A DNA stretch of 64,000 bases from a virus. Its lineage: Duplodnaviria; Caudoviricetes. Under the pieces are notes generated by a model. The model ran no database searches. It was given only the letters and a program-made list of their open reading frames with translations, and was not told the DNA's origin. Location of the stretch: IMG/VR virus record IMGVR_UViG_3300012956_000024, positions 2,166 through 66,165 of that record; one strand, 5' to 3'. The position numbers were made by a program, and so were the translations under genes. Shown here in pieces: positions 51,976 to 61,069 of the stretch (within the stretch, counting starts at the first letter, position 1; every line of letters starts with the position of its first letter).

Positions 51976-52362
51976 TCAATAACTCGCTTCAGTCGTTACA
52001 ACGCCCCAACGCTCAGTGACGTTGTGGTAGATTTCTTGAATGTCGACTACTTCGCGTTCGTTCTTGTTGTTAAACGCTTCAGCTACTCCTGTGCCGTACC
52101 TGGATTTCTCGTTGCCGACAGTTATGAACACGGCAATCTCGTCGTCCGCGAGGTGCGGAGCGACCTTATCGACGAAGTCATAGTCCTCGTCAGTGTCTCC
52201 GTCGTACGACGGCCAGTAGCCTTCGTCGTCTCCAAACACTGCGAACAAACCGTCTTTGTTGGTCTCAACGTGCGCACCTACATCGATCATTGCTGCTCGG
52301 AACGCCGCCTCGTCCTTGACGCGGAAGTAGTTGCTGCGGCTCATGCCGTACCAGTTAGCCAT
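51976..52362 (-). CDS. Hypothetical protein (MANWYGMSRSNYFRVKD...)
   Basis: GGAG SD; abuts polymerase start. Confidence 0.75.
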   Translation of the reverse strand: MANWYGMSRSNYFRVKDEAAFRAAMIDVGAHVETNKDGLFAVFGDDEGYWPSYDGDTDEDYDFVDKVAPHLADDEIAVFITVGNEKSRYGTGVAEAFNNKNEREVVDIQEIYHNVTERWGVVTTEASY

Positions 52363-52880
52363 TTTTCTTGACTCCGTCGTTCGAAACGGTTGTCCCACGC
52401 CTCGCGTAGGGCGACATGATGTTCAGGCGCTACGCACTCAAGAAACCCCGTGTCTTCGAGGGAGCGGCCGGAGCCTTGAACGAACATTTCATCGGCGTCC
52501 GCGAGGGTTACGCACATCTCCCAGACATCCCCCCTTATATACGCGTCGTAGAGTTCGAGTTCGCGCCGCATGTAGGCTTCCGCGCGTTCGCGGTCGCCTG
52601 CAAATGCGGTCTCGAAGGCTTCTTGCGTGATGTAATGCTCGCCCAGCTGCCCTGAATCCCACGGGCATGAAAACGGGGAGTGGCTGATCGTGAGGCCGCT
52701 GTGGTCGTACATGTATATCGGCCACGCGATAGCAGCGTCTTTGGGCGGACGCTCGGCGTCCTTGTCACCGAGCGTATACCGGCGATGCGCGCACACCATC
52801 ACGCTGGTGTCGTCGAACTGCCGCGGGTCTTCAGGATCGGGGTCCGTGTAGATTTGAATGCGTACGGTTTGCTCGCTCAT
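52341..52880 (-). CDS. Conserved phage protein (YMYDHSG...CPWDSGQ.G)
   Basis: Start re-called at 52880, ATGA overlap. Confidence 0.75.
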   Translation of the reverse strand: MSEQTVRIQIYTDPDPEDPRQFDDTSVMVCAHRRYTLGDKDAERPPKDAAIAWPIYMYDHSGLTISHSPFSCPWDSGQLGEHYITQEAFETAFAGDRERAEAYMRRELELYDAYIRGDVWEMCVTLADADEMFVQGSGRSLEDTGFLECVAPEHHVALREAWDNRFERRSQEKWLTGTA

Positions 52881-53896
52881 GCGATCATCTCCAGCGCACG
52901 GCTCCATGCCCGCTGCTTGATCTGCTCGCCCTTGCCGAACCACGCGCTGTCGAGGCGGTTGCCTTGATTGCGCGCAGGCATCTTGTGATCGACGTCGAAC
53001 GTGACTGCGTTGACCAGGCCCCACAGCAAGCCCTTGGCCGAGGCCATGTGTGCGCCGGGCGAATTGAAAAGCGCTTCGGTCATACGCTTCTCCATGAATT
53101 TCTCCAGCGTCTTCGCTGTAGCCTCGTCTTCCTGGGCTTCCTTGATCTCGTCGACCGTGCTCAGGCTGTAGTAGGCATTGAGGAAGAATTTTACGGCTTC
53201 GTCCTGCGAGACGACGCGTTCGCTCATGGCCTGTGCGCGGCTGGTGAAGGCAGACCACGCGTCGCCCACTTCGAGGTCGATCTTGATGGCGTCCGCGTTG
53301 AACTTCGTGCTGTGCGGCACGACCACGTTGGCCTTGCCGTTGTTGGCCGCGAAGGTGAGCGTGTTGTTGCACACCACACGTATCGAGGTGAACCGTGCCT
53401 GCGTCGACATCGTGCCGTCGTAGGAGGTGGCCAGCAGCAGGTATCCCTTGACCTTGTCTTCGCCGCGCAGCGTGACGGCGTTCTTGGTGTTGGCCAGCGC
53501 CCAGATCTTCTTGCCGTCCTTGAGCGCGCCGGCCGTTTCCAGCTCGAAGCCGTGGCGCTCGACCAGGTCGCGGTAAAATTCGATGATGTCCCTGGGTTGG
53601 ACGATCTGGTAGCGCGGGCTGACGATCGAGAGCACGTCGCCGGTGTCGCTGCGGTAGAGCACGTCGTGGTTCTTGGATTGCGCGAGCAGGAGGTCTTCGA
53701 GCTTTCCGTCGCCGATCGGATCGCGCGCGAACTGCACGCCTGCGCGCTTGGCCGTCCAGTCGAGTCCGGCTTCGGTCTGCCACGTTTCGAGGGGTGCTCC
53801 GGGTGTGAGCACTTGGCCCAAGCCGTGCCAGGGTGTCTGGCCGGTGTAGGCCATTGCGTTGCGGCCGTCGGCCGCGGTAGCGAGTTCATGTGCCAC
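52877..53896 (-). CDS. DUF932 / LGT_TIGR03299-like protein
   Basis: MAYTGQTPWHGLG, YQIVQP, ETAGALKDGKKIWALA, TSIRVVCNNT, S.WFG.G...K. Confidence 0.9.
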   Translation of the reverse strand: MAHELATAADGRNAMAYTGQTPWHGLGQVLTPGAPLETWQTEAGLDWTAKRAGVQFARDPIGDGKLEDLLLAQSKNHDVLYRSDTGDVLSIVSPRYQIVQPRDIIEFYRDLVERHGFELETAGALKDGKKIWALANTKNAVTLRGEDKVKGYLLLATSYDGTMSTQARFTSIRVVCNNTLTFAANNGKANVVVPHSTKFNADAIKIDLEVGDAWSAFTSRAQAMSERVVSQDEAVKFFLNAYYSLSTVDEIKEAQEDEATAKTLEKFMEKRMTEALFNSPGAHMASAKGLLWGLVNAVTFDVDHKMPARNQGNRLDSAWFGKGEQIKQRAWSRALEMIA

Positions 53897-54110
53897 TGAT
53901 CTTCTCCTGATTGATGTCGCGTTCGACGGCGACGATGCACTTTTCACGTAGTCGATGCGGGTCTGTATCGTCGGGCAAATATCCGAGAATGCGAAACGCA
54001 TAGTCGACTTGCTCGTCGACAGAAAATGGTTTGCTGTCGTTTAGATCGCGAATATGACTCGCTACATTGACGACAGCGGTGACGGTGTGGAGCGATTTGG
54101 GGATACACAT
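53886..54110 (-). CDS. Hypothetical protein, 74 aa
   Basis: ORF track. Confidence 0.55.
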   Translation of the reverse strand: MCIPKSLHTVTAVVNVASHIRDLNDSKPFSVDEQVDYAFRILGYLPDDTDPHRLREKCIVAVERDINQEKISGT

Positions 54111-54652
54111 GCGGGTTCCAGTGGGTGGATACTGCTCGTGCGGTAACTATATGTGTGACCGTTTTCGTTGGTGCCGATAACTTGGCCACGTCGGCTCCAG
54201 ATGTTCTTGGGGTCGAACGGCGATGAGTCCAGCGTGATGATCTCTTTGCCGCCCCAGCGCACCTTGTCGCCAGGCTTGAGCGTCTTGAGCCACTTCGCGC
54301 GAGAGGTTTTCTTGGCGCGTGCTTCGCGGCACTTCGCACGCCACGCGACGGCATTCGGTTCTTGGCTTGTACTTTGTGCGAGCAGCCGTTCGGGACAACC
54401 AGTTTCGTACGGTCCCATCGTCTCGTCGATGTCCTTGTAGCCCCACCGACACGGGTCGTACCCAGTGCTGCGCATGCCTTGCAGCAGGCATAAGACGATG
54501 AATCTGCCGAACGGCTCGACCTTGTGGTTGAACAACAGCCACAACTTGTTGCCTGTGAGTGAGTGGTCGATTAGTTCAACGTGCTCGCCGTGTTGTTTCA
54601 GCAGGTGCTCGACCAGTTCCTTCTTCGTTGAGTGACCGAAGAGCCAGCCCAT
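54062..54652 (-). CDS. DUF6927-like protein
   Basis: MGW..., WGYKDIDETMGP....CP..LL, AWR..CR. Confidence 0.75.
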   Translation of the reverse strand: MGWLFGHSTKKELVEHLLKQHGEHVELIDHSLTGNKLWLLFNHKVEPFGRFIVLCLLQGMRSTGYDPCRWGYKDIDETMGPYETGCPERLLAQSTSQEPNAVAWRAKCREARAKKTSRAKWLKTLKPGDKVRWGGKEIITLDSSPFDPKNIWSRRGQVIGTNENGHTYSYRTSSIHPLEPACVSPNRSTPSPLSSM

Positions 54653-54655
54653 GTG

Positions 54656-55024
54656 CTACTCCAGATCGTTGGCCCACTTCCACGGAGTGAGGGCTTGCAC
54701 ATCGGGCTTATATCCGCCGCCGTAGTGCACAGTCAGCGTGCGGATGTCGACGAGGAACGCGCCGGCGTCTTCATCGCCGTCGGCTTTGGTAAGCGGTTTT
54801 TTCGAGTTCCATACACCGAAGCCGGTAGTACCGTCGATGTTGTCGCGCAGCGCGTACCCGACGAGCCGCGCGAAGCCGTACGACAAATCATCCGGCCGCT
54901 CGGTCAAGAACTTCTTGTGGAACTCGTCGATCAGTGCCGGTGCCTCCTGGCCGCCCCAGTGCGAGTACAGCACAGGGCTCAGTTCGTCGCCGTTTTTCAG
55001 CTGGATCAATACTCTGTCGCCCAT
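54656..55024 (-). CDS. Hypothetical protein (MGDR...LYSHWGG)
   Basis: AAGGAG SD. Confidence 0.75.
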   Translation of the reverse strand: MGDRVLIQLKNGDELSPVLYSHWGGQEAPALIDEFHKKFLTERPDDLSYGFARLVGYALRDNIDGTTGFGVWNSKKPLTKADGDEDAGAFLVDIRTLTVHYGGGYKPDVQALTPWKWANDLE

Positions 55025-55027
55025 GGC

Positions 55028-55474
55028 TCATACTCCTTTCGGTTGGTTGTCTTCCCAGCGGTAATTCACTGGATCGGACGATGGGAATGCGCGTGTTGCA
55101 GTAACGAGGAGCCAGCGCGACATAAGGTTTTTTGCGTTGGCTTCGGCCTCTTCCTTGGTCGCGAAGCGAAGCGCGTTGCTTGACCATTTGTCGCCGTTGC
55201 CGGCCGTTTGCACTTCTGGCTTCCAGCTCACGACACGGATCATCGTGTTGCCGTTGATGTCCGTCTTGCACTCCGGGCAGTGGTACGGCCACTCAGGTTG
55301 CTGCGGAGACGACGAGTCCCACAACATATTGCTGCCGTCGTGAAACTCGGGTTCGAGATCGCCGTCAACTTCGTTGAACCCCGCGATTTTGATAACGGCG
55401 ATAACCGTGTCGATCTGATTCAGTTCGGTGTTGCCGCAGTTCGGACATGCGCAGGTGATGAGATCGTCACTCAC
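55028..55474 (-). CDS. Zn-ribbon-containing hypothetical protein
   Basis: CPNC...CPEC; GTGA overlap. Confidence 0.7.
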   Translation of the reverse strand: MSDDLITCACPNCGNTELNQIDTVIAVIKIAGFNEVDGDLEPEFHDGSNMLWDSSSPQQPEWPYHCPECKTDINGNTMIRVVSWKPEVQTAGNGDKWSSNALRFATKEEAEANAKNLMSRWLLVTATRAFPSSDPVNYRWEDNQPKGV

Positions 55475-56004
55475 AACGTGAGCCCCAAGTGCTTGACGAC
55501 CGCCTGCAGGTACTCGGCCTGATAGATCGCGTCGTCGAGCGCGTTGTGATGTGTGCCTTTGCGAACGGGCTCTACGAAATCCCGCGTCTTGCCGAGGTTC
55601 TTGAGCGTGCGGAAGCAGCGGTTGCGGCTGTAGCGCCAGCCCTGAAGGTCGAAAGACTTGATTGCGCTGGCGAGAATGGCGTTGTCGAAGTCCGAACCGT
55701 TGCCCCACACGCCTTCAGCGTTGGTGCAGAACGCGCCGAAGTTGCTCAGTGCGGTTACGGGAGCGACGGCGTGTACGTTGAACACGTTGCGCGCTTCGGG
55801 TGCTTGCTGCATCCACCACTTGAGCGTGTCCGCGCTGACTGTTCGGCCGACATCGATCTGTGGCTGCAGGCGCAGGACTTCATACAGTGTGTCGCTCGGG
55901 AAGATCGGGCCTTCTTTGTTCGGATCGAACAGAACCGCGCCGATCGAGACGACGACAGCAGTGGCGGTGGTGTCAAGTGTTTCGATGTCTACCATGCAGT
56001 GCAT
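55471..56004 (-). CDS. DEDD 3'-5' exonuclease/exoribonuclease
   Basis: MVDIETL, WGNGSDFDN.IL, HNALDDA.YQA. Confidence 0.9.
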   Translation of the reverse strand: MHCMVDIETLDTTATAVVVSIGAVLFDPNKEGPIFPSDTLYEVLRLQPQIDVGRTVSADTLKWWMQQAPEARNVFNVHAVAPVTALSNFGAFCTNAEGVWGNGSDFDNAILASAIKSFDLQGWRYSRNRCFRTLKNLGKTRDFVEPVRKGTHHNALDDAIYQAEYLQAVVKHLGLTL

Positions 56005-56019
56005 GTGGTTCTCCAGTTG

Positions 56020-56400
56020 TTAGAAAGGACAGTCATCAGTGGTGGAGTGGTCGTGGCCCCAAGGGCCATGTTGGTTTCGACCTCGACCGCGTTTTCGAAG
56101 GTCGTCAACGTTTTCGCGCTGCGTACCGGGCAGCAGATGGTCCCAGCGTATGCAACGGCGGTTGTCGCAGGTGTGGCGGACGACGAGACCCGCAGGCACA
56201 GGACCTACGTTGACTTCGTAGGAGAGCTTGTGCGAGGTCATGCACGTTCGCCGACCGTCGCGCTTGACGTACACGTTGCCGTATCCGTTCGTGTGCCGCG
56301 CACCGGTGAACTCCCAACAGCAGTCTAGAGAGTCTGACTCGACGACTCGCTGGAGCATCAGCGCGTAGGCGCTCAGCATCCCTGTGTCGTCGGTACCCAT
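56020..56400 (-). CDS. HNH endonuclease
   Basis: CWEFTG...GYG...SHKLSY...VRHTCDNRRC...HL..GT..EN..D. Confidence 0.9.
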   Translation of the reverse strand: MGTDDTGMLSAYALMLQRVVESDSLDCCWEFTGARHTNGYGNVYVKRDGRRTCMTSHKLSYEVNVGPVPAGLVVRHTCDNRRCIRWDHLLPGTQRENVDDLRKRGRGRNQHGPWGHDHSTTDDCPF

Positions 56401-57833
56401 TACTTTGGGCGTCGGCTCTTGCACTGTGAAAGGAAATCCTCCATTCGCGTCGTCTTTGCGTCGAGGCGCGCGTACACCAGGTCTTCTACGGTGCCTTTGG
56501 CTTGAACGAGGATCGTGTTCGTGACCTGATCCTGCGCACCGCGGTAGATGCGGAAGATGGCCTGTTTGAGAATGTCGGCCTCGTAGATCGGCGAGCAGAT
56601 GATCGTGGTCGTACCACGCGTCAGGGTGAGGCCGTGGGCACCAGTACGCGGGTGCAGCAGCAGCGTCTTGTACTTGCCAGCTTGATAGTCGACGACGATC
56701 TGGTCGCGCTCGCGCTGGTTCACTGAGCCATCGATCAATGCGTAGGCGAAGCCGGCCGCGTCGAACGCTTTGCACAGCTCGTCGCGTTGATGCTTCCAGT
56801 TGAAGAACACGACGCTGTGCTTGACCGAGTCGACCAACTCGGTAACCAGCTCGTAGCGCTGGTGGTCGATGATCTGATAGGCGCCATCTTCGCCGCTACC
56901 GCCGTACACGGCGCCGGAGGCGATCTGCAGGAGCTTCGTGCGCAGCGCGGCGGCGTGCACCGCTGTGATGGGGTGCGTCGGGTCGTCGCTCAGCAGGATG
57001 TAGTCCGACTCCATGCGCTTGTAGGCCGCGAGCGCCTTGGGCGAGAGCGTGAACTCACGGACCGAGCGGTGGTTCGCCGGTACGTGTTTCATCACGTCTT
57101 CGAACGCGTGGCGTATCGCACGCGGATTGATCAAGGATGAGACGACGCTCTCGGCTTGCGGTTTGTCGTCGTACCTGACCATCTTGGGATCAGGACCGAC
57201 CTGCGTAGAGACCTGCATCGCGTCGCGCATGCGGAAGTAGCTATCACCGAGACTGGCGCCGTCGTCGATGATCAGCGCCTGGTGCCACAGCTCCATGACA
57301 CTGTTCGCTGTCGGCGTGCCTGTCAGCGCGCGGCGACGCTTGAAGTAGACGCGGATTTCTTTCATCGCTTTGGAGCGCTGCGAGGTGTGGTGTTTGAATG
57401 TCGTCGACTCGTCGATGACCAGCTCGTCGAAGCCTTCGAGATACTTGCGTCGGCGCCGCTGCTCTTTCTTGTTCTTGTCGGTGAACCACTTCACGCCGTC
57501 GGTGTTGATGATGACGACATCGGTGTTCATCGCGAACGCGGCTTCGCGCTGTTCAGCGGTGGCGTAAGAGACGGTCAGCTCGGGCGTGAAGCGCTCAATG
57601 TCAGCCCCCCATGCGGCGAACATGAGCGTCTTCGGGCACACGACAAGCATCCGTTTGCGGCCCTTGCGGTCACGGAAGATCTCGGCGTGCGAACGCGTCT
57701 TGCCGGTACCTGGGTCACTGAAGTCGTAGCCGCGGTCGACCTTAGCAAAGAATGTCTTTGTCGCTTTCTGGTGAGCCCACGGGGGTTGGACGGTTGAGCC
57801 GACATTCGGTCCTGACGCGATCTTTAGAGCCAC
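56400..57833 (-). CDS. SNF2-family SF2 helicase
   Basis: DPGTGKT, IDES, LTGTP, GLTLT, Q...RIYR.AQ. Confidence 0.93.
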   Translation of the reverse strand: MALKIASGPNVGSTVQPPWAHQKATKTFFAKVDRGYDFSDPGTGKTRSHAEIFRDRKGRKRMLVVCPKTLMFAAWGADIERFTPELTVSYATAEQREAAFAMNTDVVIINTDGVKWFTDKNKKEQRRRRKYLEGFDELVIDESTTFKHHTSQRSKAMKEIRVYFKRRRALTGTPTANSVMELWHQALIIDDGASLGDSYFRMRDAMQVSTQVGPDPKMVRYDDKPQAESVVSSLINPRAIRHAFEDVMKHVPANHRSVREFTLSPKALAAYKRMESDYILLSDDPTHPITAVHAAALRTKLLQIASGAVYGGSGEDGAYQIIDHQRYELVTELVDSVKHSVVFFNWKHQRDELCKAFDAAGFAYALIDGSVNQRERDQIVVDYQAGKYKTLLLHPRTGAHGLTLTRGTTTIICSPIYEADILKQAIFRIYRGAQDQVTNTILVQAKGTVEDLVYARLDAKTTRMEDFLSQCKSRRPK

Positions 57834-58632
57834 TGAGTTTCGCTCCGTCTTTCAGAGAGTAGTAGACGTATTTACGTCCGAAGAGCATTCGGTACGCGTT
57901 GGGTTGGGGTTGCCCAGTGTCGTTGTGCGCGGACATCGCAGCTGACTTCGCCGCTGGGCGCGGCGTTTTCTCCAGCACGCTGCGAGACGCACGCTGCTTC
58001 GGAGATGGATCGGCCGCAGCCTTGGAGGCGACTCGCGGACCAGGGGGAGTCCGTTTGGGCGACGGGGCTGCGGCCGAAGGAGGAGCCGGCTGTTTCGCGC
58101 GAGTGGCTGTTGCAGAACCCCTCGGAGGGTGTAGTGGCGCTGGGGAGGGCGCTACCCTCTTGCTGCGCGAAGCAGCCGGCATAACGGGAGCCGCCTGCAC
58201 ACCACTGTTTCGCTGTGGGGGCGTTGCCCCGCGAGGTCGGGTGGCAGGCGGCATAGAACGGTCGCCCCCGCTTTTCAGCGGTTCTGCCGGGGGCGTAATG
58301 GCAGTGGGTGCCCTGTGAGAGCCCGCTTTCTTCTCGACACTTCGACAGCGGGGCGCCGATCCCCCGAGGATACCCGCTGCCTTTGTCGCAGCAGCAGGCG
58401 CTGTCGAGAACATCTTACCAATACTTACAGCTTCGCGTGCGACGCGCTCATTCATCGGTTTGCTACGCGCCAATGCGTAGCCTTTTTCGGTCAAGCGCGC
58501 CCACTCACCGAACTTGCCCTGGCCTTGTTCGGCTAGGCCGCGCTTAACCAGTGCAGCCGTTTCAGGCTGCGGCCGATCGGAACACAATGCCAGATCGTGC
58601 AGGTGCTGGGTCTGCGCTTCAGTGAGCTTCAT
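57742..58632 (-). CDS. wHTH-like N-terminus plus long Pro/Ala/basic disordered region
   Basis: LVKRGLAE...LTEKG; low complexity; ATGA overlap with upstream stop. Confidence 0.5.
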   Translation of the reverse strand: MKLTEAQTQHLHDLALCSDRPQPETAALVKRGLAEQGQGKFGEWARLTEKGYALARSKPMNERVAREAVSIGKMFSTAPAAATKAAGILGGSAPRCRSVEKKAGSHRAPTAITPPAEPLKSGGDRSMPPATRPRGATPPQRNSGVQAAPVMPAASRSKRVAPSPAPLHPPRGSATATRAKQPAPPSAAAPSPKRTPPGPRVASKAAADPSPKQRASRSVLEKTPRPAAKSAAMSAHNDTGQPQPNAYRMLFGRKYVYYSLKDGAKLSGSKDRVRTECRLNRPTPVGSPESDKDILC

Positions 58633-59177
58633 GGCAGCTCGAGTTCGTCGCTCAGATCTTGCGGGATGATGGCCGGCAGGTTGTCGGCGTTGGCGGGCTC
58701 GAGCTTGACGAGGACGTTCCGCGCAGCAGGCCACACCTCGTAGAGCTTTTTCCACGTGCTAACGCTAGCCAATACACCGGAAATCTTCGTCTGCAGTGTT
58801 GCGCGCTTTTTTTCGTTTGCGTCTACTGCAGTCTCGAGGTCTGCACAAGTCGACGCATCGATCGTGAGTTCCGGCGCGTGCCAGATGTTGGTGTGCGTGG
58901 CGAGAAAACGCATCTCGCGTGGGAGTGGTGCAAGGATGATACTGATCAGGACGCTTCCTGGTGGCGTGTAGACCAAGCGCACAGTCGAATATGTCGGCAA
59001 CCACCCATCTGGAAGTTGAGACATTCGGGTCTGAGTATCGGCATCGTACAACCGGTTGTATGCTTCCGTTGCAGTGCTGAGCTTCAGCGCCTTGAGAGCG
59101 GCGTCACTTTTCTTCATGCCGCGTTCGAGCAGAACGTGGCGGATTGTTTCGCGGTCTTGTTTACGAAGGCGGGTCAT
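58629..59177 (-). CDS. Nmad5-like protein
   Basis: MTRLRK..RE.I; L.SV.TWKKLYEVWP; LPAI. Confidence 0.75.
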   Translation of the reverse strand: MTRLRKQDRETIRHVLLERGMKKSDAALKALKLSTATEAYNRLYDADTQTRMSQLPDGWLPTYSTVRLVYTPPGSVLISIILAPLPREMRFLATHTNIWHAPELTIDASTCADLETAVDANEKKRATLQTKISGVLASVSTWKKLYEVWPAARNVLVKLEPANADNLPAIIPQDLSDELELP

Positions 59178-59249
59178 AATCGTATCCAGATAAGGAAGAG
59201 AAGTGTGGCGATAATGTGCCACGGGTAGTTGGCGATGAAGGTGCCAACA

Positions 59250-59543
59250 CTACACAACATGCCACTGATCAGCGGTGATTTTGACGATGCTGAAACCGCA
59301 CTGGCGTAATAGTTTCTGCGCGTTGATCACGTCCGACTGTAGACACTGTCCGCGCGAAAACTCGAACGACGGCTCTTGGGCTTCAATGGGTGGCGGTACG
59401 TCACGGACGCGTTCCAGCTGGATGGCGGTCAGCCGTTGAAGGTGCTGATCGAGTGTAATTCTCACTTCAAAGGACGCGATTACTGAGGCTCTCACTGTTT
59501 CGTCGATAGCGTGCTGCAGTTCGTAGTTAGACAAGGTGGTCAA
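59250..59543 (-). CDS. Hypothetical protein, ~97 aa
   Basis: GGAG SD, TTG start (uncertain). Confidence 0.55.
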   Translation of the reverse strand: MTTLSNYELQHAIDETVRASVIASFEVRITLDQHLQRLTAIQLERVRDVPPPIEAQEPSFEFSRGQCLQSDVINAQKLLRQCGFSIVKITADQWHVV

Positions 59544-59892
59544 TTTCTTTCTCCAATTCTGCGCGATCGGCCAGTTTCTTGGCCAACGCGTCGCGCTTTG
59601 CGATAGCGTCACGAAGAATCTCAGGTCCATTGGTGGGGTGCTCGCGCGTATCTCCAAGAAGCTTGAGTGTTTTCGCCATATCCGGTGCGCGAGTGACGAC
59701 GAACGTCAAGACAGCGACATGACAATTGGCAGCGATCAGATCGTCGTGGTCATCACGCAGATGCGACAGTTCTTGCATCAGCGGATGTGTCGCGCGAAAC
59801 GCGAGATCGGTAGTTACGTAGTGACAGATGTCGGCTTTGCTGTAACCAGCAGCGAGCAATGTGTCAGTGGCAGACTCAGCAAGCATATTCAA
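59527..59892 (-). CDS. Hypothetical protein, 121 aa
   Basis: AGGAG SD. Confidence 0.7.
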   Translation of the reverse strand: MNMLAESATDTLLAAGYSKADICHYVTTDLAFRATHPLMQELSHLRDDHDDLIAANCHVAVLTFVVTRAPDMAKTLKLLGDTREHPTNGPEILRDAIAKRDALAKKLADRAELEKEIDHLV

Positions 59893-60365
59893 ACTCCTAT
59901 GTGGTACCTACGTTTAGCTTTTTTGTACGCCGCGTCGGCGGCAGCGACTGTATCGAAGCTGCCAAGACGTTTGCGACCATTGTCAGTTCGGATTCGCGCG
60001 TGCCATTTACCGCGCTCAAATGAAACGCCGAGCACACCGGTGCTTTTGTTGGTTATATGTGCTATGCGCTGATTTCGCGCGTTTTGTGTGCGCGTTGCAT
60101 CGCGCAAATTGACCCAGCGGTTATCATTGCGAACACCGTTGCGATGATCGATTTCAAACGAGGGCCATTCGCCGGTGACGTATAGCCATGCGAGTCGGTG
60201 CGCTCGGTATTGAACGTAATCGACGCGAAGTAGCAAATAACCGCGAGAGTTCAACGTACCTGCAGTCGTTCCCGCGGAATGTCCTTTCACGGCTACGGCG
60301 CGTGTGAATACGCCAGTACGCTCGTTGTAGTGGAGTAACTCACGAAGACGGATGGCGGTCAGCAT
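59889..60365 (-). CDS. HNH endonuclease with AP2 domain
   Basis: RAHRLAW...IDHRNG.RNDNR..NLR; GV.GV...W.ARI...LG.F. Confidence 0.92.
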   Translation of the reverse strand: MLTAIRLRELLHYNERTGVFTRAVAVKGHSAGTTAGTLNSRGYLLLRVDYVQYRAHRLAWLYVTGEWPSFEIDHRNGVRNDNRWVNLRDATRTQNARNQRIAHITNKSTGVLGVSFERGKWHARIRTDNGRKRLGSFDTVAAADAAYKKAKRRYHIGV

Positions 60366-61069
60366 TACACACTCACCGGGCAGTGGCCGTTTCCGTTGCG
60401 ACTGCCGTAAGGACACCAGTGACACGTCCGCACATTGGCGTTCGGGCGGAAGAATTTATCGGCGTATATGCGGTCAGCACGACGCTCAAAGACACCGACG
60501 AACTTGAGGGCTTCCTCGGTGGTGTACTCCACAGCGTTGACCCAGCCTTCGTCGAGATACCACAGTTCGGCGTGGATCGTTTCGACCCAGGGCTGGCGCA
60601 GCGCCGCAGCAGCGGAATAGAGCTGTAGTTGCTGGGCATGCTCGAACTGCTTGAACTGGCTCTTGCCTGACTTGTAATCGATCGGGATCGATATGCCGTT
60701 GTGTTCGTCGATGACATTGAGGTCGAGCTTCGCCCACAGCCAAACGCCGTCGCGTTCACAGACTTCCCAGTCTTTGTCGAACAGCCAGTTCTGCTCGGCC
60801 GTGGCCATCTTCGCGCTGTAGAGTACGCGCGCGTGGTCGAACAGCGGGCGAAAGACGTCGAGCTTGCGTGCTTCATTGGTGAAGTCGTCGGTTTCACCTT
60901 TGACGTAGGCTTCCAGGTGGTGGTGGATGCGGTTGCCGCGCTCCATCGGGTTATCCGGTGGGCGTGGAGGCTCGGGGATCTTGTCGATCTTGGCGAGCTT
61001 GAACCGCAGCGCGCAGCCTTCGTACATCATGAGGCTGGAGAATGACCAGTTGCCAGTGAACAGGGTCAT
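60365..61069 (-). CDS. PD-(D/E)XK (Cas4/RecB-like) exonuclease
   Basis: WSFSSL..Y..C, RG..IH, KLD...IDYKSG, QL.LY, C.WC. Confidence 0.9.
   Translation of the reverse strand: MTLFTGNWSFSSLMMYEGCALRFKLAKIDKIPEPPRPPDNPMERGNRIHHHLEAYVKGETDDFTNEARKLDVFRPLFDHARVLYSAKMATAEQNWLFDKDWEVCERDGVWLWAKLDLNVIDEHNGISIPIDYKSGKSQFKQFEHAQQLQLYSAAAALRQPWVETIHAELWYLDEGWVNAVEYTTEEALKFVGVFERRADRIYADKFFRPNANVRTCHWCPYGSRNGNGHCPVSV

Noticed and set aside
60365-61069. CRISPR-Cas association of the Cas4-like gene
   Set aside because: No array or other cas genes; the context is a standard phage recombination module
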